Below are positions 37,381-51,122 of a stretch of 64,000 nt of DNA, piece by piece. Source of the DNA: Callorhinchus milii. Lineage: Eukaryota. The translations under genes were made by a program, and so were the position numbers. The notes beneath the pieces are model-generated. The model saw only the letters and a program-made list of their open reading frames with translations, was not told the DNA's origin and ran no database searches. The first letter of the stretch is position 1. Every line of letters begins with the position of its first letter. The DNA lies in contig NW_024704742.1 of NCBI RefSeq assembly GCF_018977255.1, positions 21,516,001-21,580,000 of the forward strand, written 5' to 3'.

Positions 37381-38639
37381 GATTTATTTACTTATATTTA
37401 ATTGCCACCTACTATACAGACCTTATTTTGACAAACGTGTATCCTTGATATTTGCTTGGTATTTCCCTCCTGTCAGCCTGTAAACTATCACAAATCCTGG
37501 TCCACAACGTGTTATCCTTGAAAACTTTCTAAGGTGTGTTGATGAATATCTGTTCAAATGTGTGGGGAAAATTGTAGGTCAGGTAGAAGTTATGGCTTCA
37601 TGGGATATAATGATAAAAAAAGGATTGTTTGTTCAGTCAATCCACAACTGTTTTGTGGGACACTGCTGTGTGCAATTGGCTGCCACAGTTTGCTGACAAA
37701 ATACAGTCAATCCATTTTACAATATATTTACAGATACAATATATCAATATATCATTAATGTGAAGCGCTTTGAGACATCTCAATGACATCATAAGGAGCT
37801 ATATCAATTGCAAGGATTATTATTATTATATTATAAGAGATTGTCATAGAATAATGTTTATCAGTCTTTAAATATTGGGCTTTATCTTTTTGCAGAGGTC
37901 TGGATTGTTTATATTTCACCCCCAGATTTCACCGCCAGCCAATAGGACAAATATCGATGAGCAACCGGCTCTCAGGTCTCTACCAGTTAGTCTCTGAGCT
38001 GCTAAGAGAACCATGTCAGAGGTCCATGGACAGCTCCCTTTGCCCTTTCTCCAATGCCATACATCAGCACCACATTGCCGCCTCTTCCTTCGGCGTTTAT
38101 TAAGAGGACATGAATCAAACTAGCTGGACAGGTTAGTTTGTCTGTTTAATCTTAACTTGCTTTTTTGAGACTTCCCTGGTGACTTGCCAGCAAGCATGCA
38201 GTACAAATAGGAGCTGAGCTAGCGTGAATTTTGCTGGAGGAGGTGATTTTAGGAGTAGGGCCAATCATGGCTGTATAATAGGGTGCCTATGAGTTGCAAA
38301 GGGCTCACTAGCCTGGGGGTCTGTTGAAAGTACTCAGGCAGTCCATTCAACTTTCAACAATCTGATTTCAATGTTATTAAAGAGGCAATCATGTGAAGGT
38401 TTTTAAAAAAAATAGAAGAACAAACAAAGAAAAAGAACTGCAGCAATTTTGTTTTCCAAAATTGGGTACGATCTTAATTTTCAAGACAATAGTTTAAGCC
38501 TAAGAACTTGAGAAATTTTGGACCCCAGATTTCAGTGCTCTACTTGGACAGGCGAAGTGCAATGCAAAGCAAGAAGTATAAATCAGGTTTGCTGCTCCAA
38601 CAACGCTGAACAGCTAAGCAAAGTGGCTTAGCTCCCAGC

Positions 38640-39450
38640 ACTATAAACATATCAAGAGCACAGAGCTGGTCAGGAGTAATCTGAATGAATGTTTTCAGAG
38701 CAATAGATCACGCCTCATGAATCTATCGCAATTCTCTGAGATGGCAGACAAAGACAATGCAGTGGATAGACATTATTTGATTTACGCAAGGCCCTTGATA
38801 AAATGAATATTTCAAAATAATATTCCTGGCCTATCAGTTAGTTACACCGAGACGATAACAAAAGGAAACGTGAAATGGATACACAATAGAAGGAAGACCT
38901 TTAGCAAAGGCTAAAAAGCAAAAAATTATTTGGGTTTCATGACTGGCCATTCATTAAAAGGACCCAGTAAGTTTGAAGCTATTATCAACAAACCTAATCA
39001 TCTTCCACTATAACTCATTCTAATCCAGCACCTCGAGACTATGAGATAACACACTTCCCTTTGTCTTTCCTGATTCCTACAATCGACAAGCTTTTAAAAC
39101 CTGAGCTTGGTATAGTATGACCCAACCACTACTTGTTGATTTATCTTGTCCTCTCTTTTCAACCTTGGTGGTCTCCTGCACTATGCTTTGGCCTTTCACC
39201 TTGCTTTCTCAATTCAAATAGATGCAGGGATAAATCTCAGGAGCATTTCAATATAAGTTGAAATAACCCTGTGTAATGCACTGTCAAGGCCACATTTTAT
39301 ATATTGTTACGCTCAGTTTTGGATGCCCTACCTTGAAAAGGGCATTGATGCTTTGGAGAGAGTTCAGAGAGGACAACAAAGATGATTTTCGGAATTAATT
39401 AAGCCAGACACAAAGACCTTGTTTTCAATGGAGAAAATTTAGAGTCACGG
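38640..39450 (+). mobile_element. Highly decayed CR1 ORF2 fragments
   Basis: gacaaagacaatgcagtggat...tatttgattt..caaggcccttgataaa resembles DKGNAVD.IYLDF.KAFDK, and cagttttggatgccctaccttgaaaagggcattgatgctttggagagagttcag resembles QFW.PYL.K.IDALERVQ. Confidence 0.6.
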
Positions 39451-42130
39451 GGGTCAAAATTGCATTATTCCTAATCACATTTCATTCCTTATTTAAGAAA
39501 CATTGTTAAATATGTTTCAAAAGACTTTCACCCTTCCAAATAATGACAATACCTAAACTCCAATGAAAAGTTTTGGCTTCCCCTTAGTGGAGATCATTTT
39601 CAAGTATCCTTTCCAAACTTATTTAAGGAATACTGACCCAACTCAATCCGAATTATTGCAGTGAATATGTCCAGACAAACTGATTCCCACACTTGCAAAC
39701 AGCTTGATGAAATTCAAAGATTTCCATGTTCTTGAGAGACAAGTATAGCCTCCATGGTCTTGCTCCCCCCTACCTCTGCGACCTCCTAATGCCCTACCAA
39801 CCTGGCCGCTCCTTCCATCTGCGGATGGAGTTCTAGAGGGTGGAGGCAAAGTGGCAGAAAGCCTGTCCGCCAATGTTGGGCAGAGCGAGGCGGGGGACGT
39901 GAAGCAGGCCGGAGCCGGCTGAGCAGAGGGAGCGGGCAGGTTGGTAGGGGGTTAGGAGGTCGCAGGGGTAAGGGGGAACAAGGCCATGGAGGCTATACTT
40001 CTCTCTCAAGAATAAGTGTATTTATGCAGCTCAAAGCAGGGTCCCAGCTTAACTCAACTGGCATCATGTGAAATAACAATTAAATCCTATCTCCTGGGTT
40101 CATACAAAGCATTCCTAGCCGATTATCTCCAAGTGGTGATCAAGGATGGCTGGCAAATGATTTTGAAAACAGGTTTTGGACCAAACCATTGTGAAGATGG
40201 TGTGTCCAGCCCCAAAACAACTCCATAATTGAAATTCCATTGTTTCTTAACAGATTCAGTCAGATAATTGTACAATATTCTGAAACTTCACATTTTCAAC
40301 CATGTATAACGGAAAGCTCATGTAAATTAACTGGTGATTATTGTTGTAAAATGAGTTTAACGCTATCCCACAGTCCCTTTGCCTCATTCCCTCCCTTGCC
40401 TCCTTTAAGGCCCATCTTCAAACCCTCCTCTTCGACTGTGCCATCGGTCACTCTCCTGCCCCTATCCTCCCTGCTCTCCACCCCTCCTGATCCCAACTCC
40501 CTGCTCAGGATCCAATCCCCAACTATCCAGCACCTCAGGACGTCCTGCCAACCTGAAAGGCGCAATACAAATGTAATTTGTTGTTAAATTTCTGGTTAGA
40601 AAGATTGTCCATTTTAAGATGATTGATATACATTGAAGATCAATGCTCCACAGGGCACATGGTTTCCTTGTTGGTGAGACAATTATATACATCACAGCCT
40701 ACAGTGATCCTCCCTCTGGTGAGAGGTGCTTGCTCTTTAAACAGCCTTCCCGTGACTATAATTGTTACAGTAATGGCTCCTGTCCAATAAGGGGAGGAAA
40801 AAAACAAACTTCTGCCCAATGTCCTATATCCTTTTGAGGCAAGACTTTATCGCTGACTTTCTCACATAGAGAGAGAGTGAGTGAAAGACAGTGATAGAGG
40901 CTCGCCTGATAATGGGATTCTGCATTGATAGCCCCTAGAAACAGTCCATTTCTGTGTCACTCTGATTCTATTGACAAACTTAACAGAAACACAGCCTCTT
41001 TTGATGCTCAGAAAAGCACTACACTCGAAAACTGTTTGGATTCCATCATAAAAGCCTAATAGCCTGTCTAGTCTCTGAATTGCTTTTCTAATTGTCTCTG
41101 ACATCTGACGTGTCTAAAGTCATGGGTCCAGCATTATAGGAATCCACACACAGCCTTGGAAGCTGCTCAATAGGTCTTGCCATCTTCCTCACCCCACCGA
41201 AACAACTATAAAAGAATGACCGCAACAACTCGTAACATTGTTGAGTTCTTACTTATATACTGTGGTTCAATTTGCTGGTCAGCACAAGCTGGCGAAATGT
41301 ACCATTTACCGTATATTATGGTAGCAGCACCATTGGCTGTAGACACTCGATAGCCCTCAAGCAGAAAGCCCAGCCCATGGTTGTTCTGCATCCAGACAGT
41401 TATAAAATTAAGTCATTCATACAGCAGTGCCATTTATTGTTTCCAGCAAAGAATTTCAGAAGGAACAGTTTGCCAACACTCTTTTCATGTTGAATCTGTA
41501 TTTTCCATACTATTTCATTGACACCTTTGAGATCTTGCCAACTACCATTGGATTGTGCTTTGTACCATGCTTTCTTTCCCTTCATGTGAACTCCAGTTGT
41601 TAATTGCGAGGTAAAACTGTGGCATTTCTCTGCGGTCTTTCTTTTGTCTGTCAAATTGGGAAAGTATTAAGTGGGTTTTGGTTTCGTCTTTTGTTCTGCG
41701 TGCTTTTCAGTTTGTTTTTGTGTGAGTTTCATGTATCACACATGTTTTCTCCTTCCTCGTCGAAGTCCTGACATACTGTCTTCGGAATAGCATGAGATGT
41801 TTTCATCTGCCTTTGTCTGGATGTCTCTGCTTTGAAGTTTACACCACTCACTGGTGCCTCATATCCCGCATTGGAACATTAGGCTGAGCCGCAAAATATT
41901 AATGACAGTCTCCGCTGAGGGTGCTCCAAGTTGGTCATTTTCATAGAGTTTGGCATGAACTCACTAGAGGGATCGTTTGATGGTTACAGTCTTTGTTACA
42001 TATGTACAGTGCCTCCTTTTTTCAATTTTTCCTTTGCCGACATATTAAACAAGCGCTTTTCTCACAAGTGACGCTCAATACTGAGCAAACGATTCCTCAC
42101 AGTGAAGATACTTCACTCGTTGCAATCTTG

Positions 42131-42507
42131 TGGAGTTCTGTAGCTCAGTGGTTAGAGCACTCACCTCGCAAGCGAGAGACCGGGGCTTGATTCCGGGGCA
42201 GGATGAAACGTTGGGCAAGTTTCCTTACACCACACGCCTCTGTTTACCCAGCAGTAAGTAGGAACCCGGTTGTAAGTCCATAGGTGGATTGCTTTTCTGG
42301 GGATATTAATTCCTTCAAAAAAATAATAATAATAAATTGGTCACCCAATCCACCACTGCTTGTAGGACACGGCCATGCGTAATTGGCTGCCACATTTCGC
42401 CCACAAAATATACTGTCAATTCTCTTTCCAGTATATTCTGTGAAGCGCTTTGAGACATCTCGAAGATGGGATAAGGTGCTATATCATATGCAAGGATTAT
42501 TATTATT
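42131..42507 (+). mobile_element. tRNA-derived SINE, long variant, inserted in the Crypton fossil
   Basis: Full head tggagttctgtagctcagtggttagagc through to the (att)n tail. Confidence 0.9.
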
Positions 42508-42514
42508 GTATATT

Positions 42515-43116
42515 AGCCTGGCTCAGTAGGTAGCACTCGTGCCTCTGAGTCAAAAGGTTATGGAGTTAAGCTCCACATCAGTATTTTGAATTTACAATCC
42601 AACCTGACTCTCCAATGCAGTGCTGGGGATGTGCTGCATTGTCAGAGTGCCATTTTTCAGATGAGTCGTTACATCAAAATGCCGTCTGGCCATTCGGGTG
42701 AACAATAAAAGTCCGAATGGCACTCTTTATAAAGAGAAACAAATTTCTCCAGGTTTCCTGGCCATCAATTCTCCAGATAAAATTGATCTTTCACTTCACT
42801 CCTCTTTGTAGGACATTCCTGGTTGCAAATTGGCTGTCGCGTTGACCTACAAAATATATAGTCACTATACTTTACAATGATTCCTGTGAATAATAATAAT
42901 AATGATTATTATTATCATAATAATAATAATAATAATGATTATCCTTGCATTTGGTTTAGAGCTTTTCAAATTGAGAGGACGTCCCAAAGTCTTTCCCAGG
43001 ATATACTGTGAAATGAAGTGACTGTGTATTCGTGTAACTTCGTATTTTTGAAGTGCTTTGAGACGTCCTCCCAAAGTGAAACATGCTATATCAAATACAA
43101 AGATTACTATTATTAT
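42515..43116 (+). mobile_element. Older DeuSINE with a nested opposite-strand tail fragment
   Basis: Head agcctggctcagtaggtagcactc and core aaattggctgtcgcg. An inverted tail lies at ~42890-43030 and a plus-strand tail ends at ~43115. Confidence 0.65.
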
Positions 43117-43759
43117 AATCTTTCAGTCATACCACTAACATGAATTGATGGAATTTCTTGGTTAGGATGTGTGGGAGGTATTTACTCAATTGGTTATGTT
43201 AACTCCTGTGGCGCCTTGTAGATATCTGTTGCGGAGTCGTGCGTCATATCTTGTTTTCTTTTGCGTGTGTTCTTATTCTAATGCTTTGAAGATGTTTTCT
43301 GTGCCTCCTCCACTTATTTTGTCAAATGTTGAGTGATGTTCTTTTATGTCTGCGGTGCTGATTTGTTCCAGCCCTCAGGGGCCTATTGATTGTCATCTTA
43401 TGGTTTGTAATTTTCTTCTGTGTTTCTCTTTTATTTTCAATGTCTTTTATCGGGGTCTCCAACTCTCAGTTGTCATTGGTGCTCTTGTGTGACCATTTCT
43501 TGCACCTTCTGAAATTGCACTCAAAGCAGTTTCCACATTTGTGGGCTATTGGTTTTGTGTTTCTGAATATAAGTTTGAACTCTCCAGACTTCAGGCTTGT
43601 CTCAAAGTCTGTTAGTAGGCTTACCATGAAAATTACGATGAAAAAGACATTTTGGCATAATCTCTTCTGTTAGCATTTTCTGCTAAGATTATTTTGGCAA
43701 GGTGTGTTTTATATTTACACTATAATGTTATGTTTATAAATTGGGCTAGTGTACCAATC

Positions 43760-44045
43760 GGTCTGCCTCGGTTGGCAGGAATCCAACATCCAAGTCAGAA
43801 GGTTGTGAGTTCAAGCCCCACATGAGGACTCTGAGCTCACAATGTAGATTAAAACTCCAGTACAGTGCTGGAGGAGCGCTGCACTGTTGGAGGTGCCGTC
43901 TTTTGGATGAAACATTACACTGAGGTCCCATCTACCTATTCAGATGGACAGTAAAATGGTACTATTCAAAACGAGAAAGTGAGTTTCTTCCCGTGTCCTA
44001 GCCAACAATTTCCCCAAGTAAAATAAATGGTCATTCACTTTTCAT
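43760..44045 (+). mobile_element. Older DeuSINE (SacSINE1-like)
   Basis: gtcagaaggttgtgagttcaagcccc...gcgctgcactgttggaggtgccgtcttttggatga. Confidence 0.75.
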
Positions 44046-47000
44046 CTGTTCATTTTATGGAATAAGGGATGTCATTGACAGCATGGAGAATAATAACAAT
44101 AATCTTGCACTTGATGCGACGCCTTATTAGTTCAGAAAAGAGCAGCAAGGTTCTGTAAATTGGGGTTCTACGTTGTGAAGAGAAACTCCAGAGCCAAACT
44201 TACTATCACTGCAGAAAAGATTATATATAATAATAATCTTTACATTTAGTATAACCCTTTCACAACAGGAGAATGTCCCAGAGTGCTTCACAGAATATAC
44301 TGTGATGTGGTGTGACTGTATGTTTTGGGGTAAATGTGGCATCTAAGTTGTGTACAGTAACATCCCATGAACAGCCATGAAGTGAATGATCATTTTTATC
44401 CTAGTCTTTAACATGATGAGAGGTACAGCTACAGCTATTTGATTCAGACAGTGACAGCAGAACTCATGGACACAGGATTAAATTAACTATTCCTCACACA
44501 AGACCAGAGTCAAAGATGTTTCATCCAAAGCAGAGTTGTGGATATGTAGAACACATGCCCAGTAGAAGTAGAGTAGTGTAGTACAGTAATAATGGCACAG
44601 TAAAAACACATATTGTGTATAATGTATTTTAAGATCTCCAAGGTGCTTCCAGGCATGAAGGGCACTATATAAATGCAAATTGTTGTTGTTGTACCCTAAT
44701 AACAATGTTAATGTGCTTTCCAAAATTCTAAAAGTCTGGCAAAATAGAATAGACTGACACTTCAATGCTGAGAGAATGCTGCATTGTCAGTGATACCATC
44801 CTTTGCGTGAGATGTTAAGCTTACATCTCATCTGCCTGTTAGTGTTCAAAGGGGTGTTGGTGAGCCCCCCTAAAGATCCCTTGACACTATTTCCAAAGAG
44901 AAGTTTCTCCCAGTGTCCTGGCCAACAATCCATCAGATAAAGTTGACCATTCACTTCATGATTGTTTCTGGGGCTTTTGGCTGTGCATTAATTGGTTGCA
45001 AGTTTTGCCTAGATAAACACAATAATAACACATTACTGTGAATGCTGTGAAGTGCTTTGACACAACCTCCTGATGTGAAAGGTACTATATCAAATACCAG
45101 AATTATGATGATGCAATACAAATTGACATTTAAATAGCTTTTTTAATGTCAGAAGGACATCCCAAGGTCCTGATTATTATGACAGAGGGGTGAAAAGGTG
45201 CTCTTTGGAGGAAAGGAGAAGGCAGTCCTACTGGAACCCGATTGCCAGATAGGTTCTGCACCTCACAACACAACCTAAATCACTAGCAACAGACTCCCAT
45301 GTACATCACATTTGATTCTGATCTGAGAATCTAATCTCGAACCCAAGGTCTAGCTTTTCTGAGAAGTGCTTTTTTGACTCCAGTGTTTCCATACTAATAC
45401 TGTATGCAACTCTCCAAGCAAGGAAGTCTGTATACCCCTAACTCTGCTTTCTGCTTCCTGGCAAAGTGCCACAGTGCAAGTCACGTTATGCCCTGAATAA
45501 AGGGGCGAAACATTTGATGGTTCTGTTTTCTACAGAAATGATATGGATACTGAGGGAAACTCTGAGTTGGGCCAATTTGCTGATGACAGCAAAATAAAGG
45601 GAGCAATGGAGACAAATGATGAAGAGAAGAATTTGCAAAATGATTCAGATCAGTTATGCAACTCGGCAGACCTATGTCAAATGAATTGTAACACCAATAA
45701 ATGTTAATGAATACAAATAAATACAAAACATGTGAGACATAGTATGCACTAACTGGAAACAAATTAAAGATTAAAAAGCCAATATATAGACATATAGCCA
45801 ACAGATTAAAAACTAATGTAATACCATCCAGGCAAAAGAGCAGAATATACTACTGAAGAAATGCTAAGGTTTTACAACGTATTGATTTTAACTAAAATAT
45901 AGAATACTAGTTATTGACATTGTTAATAAAACGGAAATAATTACATTTCAAAAGGTCACAAAATAGCAATGAGACTGATCCTAAGTATAACAACATGAGC
46001 TTTATAATATAATAATAGTGCTAATATTTATAATTCTTGGATTTGATATCATGTCATCGAGACATCTCAAAATGCTTCACGGGATTCATTGTAAAGAGGA
46101 GTGACTATATATTTGGTGGCCTTAAACATACGGAAGAGGAACTCAAGCTTTACAATCAGGAAACAAGGTAGTTAAGAGGTGACCTCATTAAGGGGTCAGG
46201 ATTGAGCGCAGTTGTAAAAGAGTTTGGGACTGAGGATGGCATGTGAGGACAAGCGACGACAACAACAACAACAGAATTACATTTGTATAGCACCTTTGAC
46301 ATTGGGAGGACATCCCAAGGCGCTGGCGACAGAGAAGCAAAGAAAGGATAAAAGACTGTGGAAGGAGACACTTCATGATAAAGTGCAAGGAGCATAAACT
46401 TGGCAATGTATTTAGTTGCAAGAGACAATATAAATAATTATCCTGTAGTGTAATGCTTTGAAATCTTAATGTTTAGTTGCAAAAACTGTTATGCAAAGTG
46501 AGTGCTACAAATTGTGAAGCCGAAAATGTTTGATTACATGCCAGTAAGAATAAACTAACTAACTGTATCATATACCAGGGGGAGGTTAGTGGAGTCTGCA
46601 GGACTCTTAACAGTAAACAGAAGTGATCTAGGATGAAAGTTATGGTGTCTGTGAGGTTTAGTTATTGCAATAGCTAACATTAAGCACTTAGCACAGCATG
46701 CTAAAAACAACTATTGTAATTGTTTTGCAAGAGTGTCGGAATCAAGCCAGCCCTCTGTGGCGATCTCGGTAGTCCGGTTCCCGAGCTCGGCGGGTCCACA
46801 GTATTTCAGGTCACTGCTGGTGACAGCACAGCCGGTCTGGGTCATTAGCAGGACCTGGAAGGCAGACCAGTCACTGGGGGCTGGGAGTCACCCCACTCAG
46901 CTCCTGTTAACCCTGCAAACCAAAGCCCTAATGGGTAGAGTGGTCCTAGCTGGACAAGCAATGGGAAAGCTTGCCAGGCAGTGATAACAAAGGCATTTTA

Positions 47001-48035
47001 GCTGGTTAGTACCCAACACACACTTGGCCCCAAGCCATGGCTCTTGCCATCCTGCGCCTAACACTTTCCGGAATTAGGTAAGCAGGATGTTTCCCTTCCA
47101 GGGAGGGAGTGTGCATTCCATTCCAACAATCTATCTCTGGAATTTCCACATGTAGGTGGGATGCATGGAAATCTCAGCTTGGTTAGGATACTCTTAAGCA
47201 TGGTGATGGGTTTCCGCATGTGTCAGACACCCGGCTGACCAGAAATATATATACATATATATTGCAAGAGTTGACGCCGTGTGTGTTTTTGTGCGTACGT
47301 GGATATCTGTGAGTGCTGTTATGGTTCTGAGGAGCCGGACATTAGCGCGATCGTATTCGCTGTTTACACTGTGTGCAGTGGTTACTGTTTGTGTCTGCGT
47401 GTCAGTGCATAGATGTTTCAGCCGATCTTGCCACCATTTAAAAACTATGCCATTTAAAACAAACTAGTGGAAGTAAACAAGCGGCTTTGAGTTCAAGCAG
47501 TTAATAATAATAATAACAATAATAATAATAATTCTTGCATTTGGTAAAATTACTGTAAAATGCAGTGACTATTTTTTTTTGCAGGCAAAAAGTTACTGGT
47601 ATTTTCTTCCATTTTTCAACAAAAAGAGAGAGTTCTCTATTTTTCTCTTTTAACAAGACTCGCCGCCAGTGACACATTCTTCAGATAAGACAGTGCCAGG
47701 CCTCTCCAACTGTTAGTCTTAGGAACATAGGAATGTCCATGACCGGGAAAAACATTGCACTCCATCTGGCTGGTCTCATAACTTCAGTGCAGGATTGAGG
47801 AAAGTTTCCACCAATGGGTGTACTGTCTTTCGGATGAGACATTGAACTCTTTGATGAGATGATGAGACATTCGCAGACACAGGGAAATGTCCAGGTCTAG
47901 GTGGTATACATATGTGGGCCTCTCAGTCTGGCTTGGGTACCCTTAAGCATGGGGATGGGTTTCCACTTACGTCCGACACCCAGCTGATTCGTTTTTCAGA
48001 TGAGACGTTGAACTGAGGTTCCAATTTATATTACA

Positions 48036-48412
48036 ATAATAATCCTTGCATTTGATCTAGCACCTCATCACATCGTTGAGACGTCTCAAAGTGCTTCATA
48101 GAATATATTGTAAAGTGACTGACTGTGTATTTTGAAGGTGAAACGAGGCAGCCAATTGCACAAAACAGTGTCTCGCAAACAGTCGTGGAGTGAGTGACCA
48201 AATGTTTTTTTGGGGGGTGGGGGTGTGGGATTTATTACCCCCGGGAAAGCGATCCGCCAATCGACTAACAACTGGGTTCCTAATTACTGTTAGGTAAACA
48301 GAGGCTTGTGGAGTAAGGAAATTTGCCTATGGTTTTCCCCCTGCCTGGGAATTGAACCTGGGTCCTCTTGCTTGAAAGGCAAGCGCGCTGACCACTACAC
48401 TACAGGACTCCA
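48036..48412 (-). mobile_element. tRNA-Ala-derived SINE, long variant
   Basis: Family match from tail to ctacaggactcc. Confidence 0.9.
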
Positions 48413-49904
48413 CATAACGACCAACAACAATCTTCTGACTCAGAGACCAGAATGCAACCAACTGAGCCAGGCTGACACACTGTCAATTTGTTTCAAATTA
48501 TAACAAAATAAAATCAATTGGATCAATGTTTACATCAGGATGAGATTGTTCTGTAAAATTAAACAGACATTAGTAATGTGCACTCCTGTGGCATATTACA
48601 GCCACTTTCTTCAAGTTCAAACACTTTGAAACATACCCACACTGTACAAGGCAGTGTAATACGACCTGCTAATGGTTAGTAATCAACCAAGCAAGGAATT
48701 TGCTTTCTACATCTCTTCGAAAAGTCTCCGTGCTTGTCAGTAGAAGCAGCTTTCCCACACACCGGTATAAATGGGACACTGTTGGCGTGTGTTGATGAGC
48801 ACACGGATAAATTACATTGAAGTGATGCATAACTGAGATCACAGCACACACTTGTGGGCAGTGATCACTCATTTGCACTTCAGTGAAATAGACTGACGGA
48901 AACACCAACAGATATGCTGCCTTTAAATATCATTTAGAATTGCTCGTGCAATAACAATTTTTAACCCTTAAAATGCTGGCAGGTCTACAGGGATTCCTGA
49001 TTGTGGAATGTACAAATAATATTTGTACAGCACCTTTCACATCAGGAGGACATCCCAAGGTACTGAAACAACCATTCTGCATGTTTTCGACTCAAGCACT
49101 GAGCCTCTGCAAAAAGCACTGATGTTACAGTAATAAAGCTATTCAAACACAATAGTAGTGTTATTGTGATATTAACTTAACTGAATAAATACATGAAAAA
49201 CTAAAAATAACATATTTTAAAAACAAAACCTCCACTTGCTGTCATCCCTTTATCCTTTCAATTTATAATGTGTGATAATCCTTGCATTTAATATAGACAT
49301 TATCAAACTGTCTCAAAGTGCAGGGTTTACCATAAAGTGCAGTGCCTGTATATTTGCCCTTTATTAAATTGGATTGTTTTCCCTTTTTATGTCCAATTTA
49401 ACAATGATTCAGGTGAAAATTAATTCACTATTTATTGAAGCCATTTCCTCCAAAGGGTTTACATGAAACCTGTGCTCCATATTTGAGAGAGTTTAGAAGC
49501 TGGTTGAAGTACTTTCACTTTAAATTCATTTTATATTTATTACATTAAAGGTTCATTTGATGTATCAGAGGTGAACCCCCAATGCAATTCTCATTAGTAA
49601 CATCCATGAGGCAGAGTCTGTAGCAATGATGTGTAATATGTTGTTGTTGTTGATCTTCCGGCTCACCAATAGTGTGATTTGTCCGATGATCAGCAGGATA
49701 CTCTGAGTGGTTTTATTTAGCAATAGAAGCAGTTTCCACCCATAGACTTAGTAAAAGAAAAATTGAAGTCAAGTTATTGCAAGACATTTCAGCATTGATT
49801 TTTTAGGACTAGGTTTTTTTTGCATCTCCAGTGCTTCCGACACAAGGCAAAAAAAAACAAAAATCTCTATGTTGGAGATACCAAGATTGAAGATGAATCC
49901 AGGT

Positions 49905-50955
49905 GTTTTCTCCGCCCGCTCTCACCCGGTTACCTGCGGGTTACCCCAAGGATCCAGCCTTGGCCCCTCCTCTTTCTGATCTACATGCTCCCTCTTGGGG
50001 ATGTCATCTGTAGACATGAGGTATATTTCCACATGTACGCAGACGACACCCAACTCTATTTTTCCACCTCTCTTTGCGACCCCCAGTCCCCTGATGTTCT
50101 GACAGCCTGCCTGTCAGACCTCAGGGGCTGGATGAGCGCAAATTTCCTTCAGCTGAACATTGACAAGACAGAAGCCATACTCTTTGGCTCTCGTCAACAT
50201 CTAAAATCTCATGGTTCTCACCTCCTCCACCTACCCGACCTCCCGCTAAAACTCTCCGAACCCGTACGCAACCTAGGCGTCAGGATCGACCCCCAATTAT
50301 CCTTTCTCCCCTAATCCGATCCCTCACCAGCACCGCCTTCTTCCACCTCCGACGCATCACCCGTCTCCGCCAATACCTCTCTCCAAACGCCGCTGAAACC
50401 TCTCGGCTGGACTATTCTAACGCCCTCCTCGCCAGCCTCCCCTCCACTATCATCCATAAAATCCAGATTATTCAAAACTCTGCCACCCGCATTCTCACTC
50501 GCACCAAACTCCGCTCCCAATCACCCCAGTCCTTGCCAGACTGCACTGGCTGCCTGTCCCAGAGAGGATTGACTTCAAGATCCTCACCCTTGTATTCAAA
50601 TCCCTCCACTCCTCTGCACCCCCTACCTCTCTGACCTCCTCTCTCCTCAAAACAGTGCCCGTTGCCTTTGTTCCTCCGGGTCTGGCCTCCTCCTTGTCCC
50701 CCGAGTCCTCCGCTCCACCCTCGGCAGCCGTGCCTTCAGCCGTTATGCCCCAAGGCTCTGGAACTCCCTTCCTCACTCCCTTTGCCTCGTTCCCTCTCTT
50801 CCTATTTTCAGGTCTCTGCTGAAGACCTTTCTTTTTGATCGAGCCTTTGGTCACCTTCCTCCCCCTCCCCCTGGTTCGGCCCAGGGATCCGTACTGTGAA
50901 GCGCTCTGAGACGCCGTCCAGCGTGGAGGGCGCTATATAAATCCAAGTTGTCATT
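49905..50955 (+). mobile_element. L2 LINE, 5'-truncated RT and 3' end
   Basis: PLLFLIYMLPLGDVI..H...[39 protein letters not shown] in ORF 49820..50314. It continues through LHWLP-type sequence to the tail gcgctatataaatccaagttg. Confidence 0.95.
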
Positions 50956-51122
50956 GTTCTTGAATCGCAGCACAACAGCAAAAACATAAATTGCATTTAT
51001 AAAGGGTATTTCACATTGGGAGAATGACCCAATGCGCTGGACCTAACTTCCACTCAGGCTTATAAGCTTCAAAATAACAACAATAACTTGCATTTGCATA
51101 GAGCCCTTCATGCAGGGTAACA

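Larger units (their letters stand above)
41330..43700 (-). pseudogene. Decayed CryptonA/DUF3504-type tyrosine recombinase (Crypton DNA transposon fossil), interrupted at 42130-43116
   Basis: Manual minus-strand translation across frameshifts gives these motifs in order: NKNT..KTRYD (43277 downward), PIE*IPP (43193-43173), QFMLVV*LKD, SSL*GIVCS/IERHL*EK (~42110-42058), KLYENDQLGAPSAETVINIL (~41955-41895), CGI*GTSEWCKL...DI...DE (41870 downward), PQFYLAINN (41622-41596), WYKAQ/PM (41567 downward), LANCSF* (41476-41456), LSGCR (41399-41385), LEGY (41361-41350). Confidence 0.75.
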
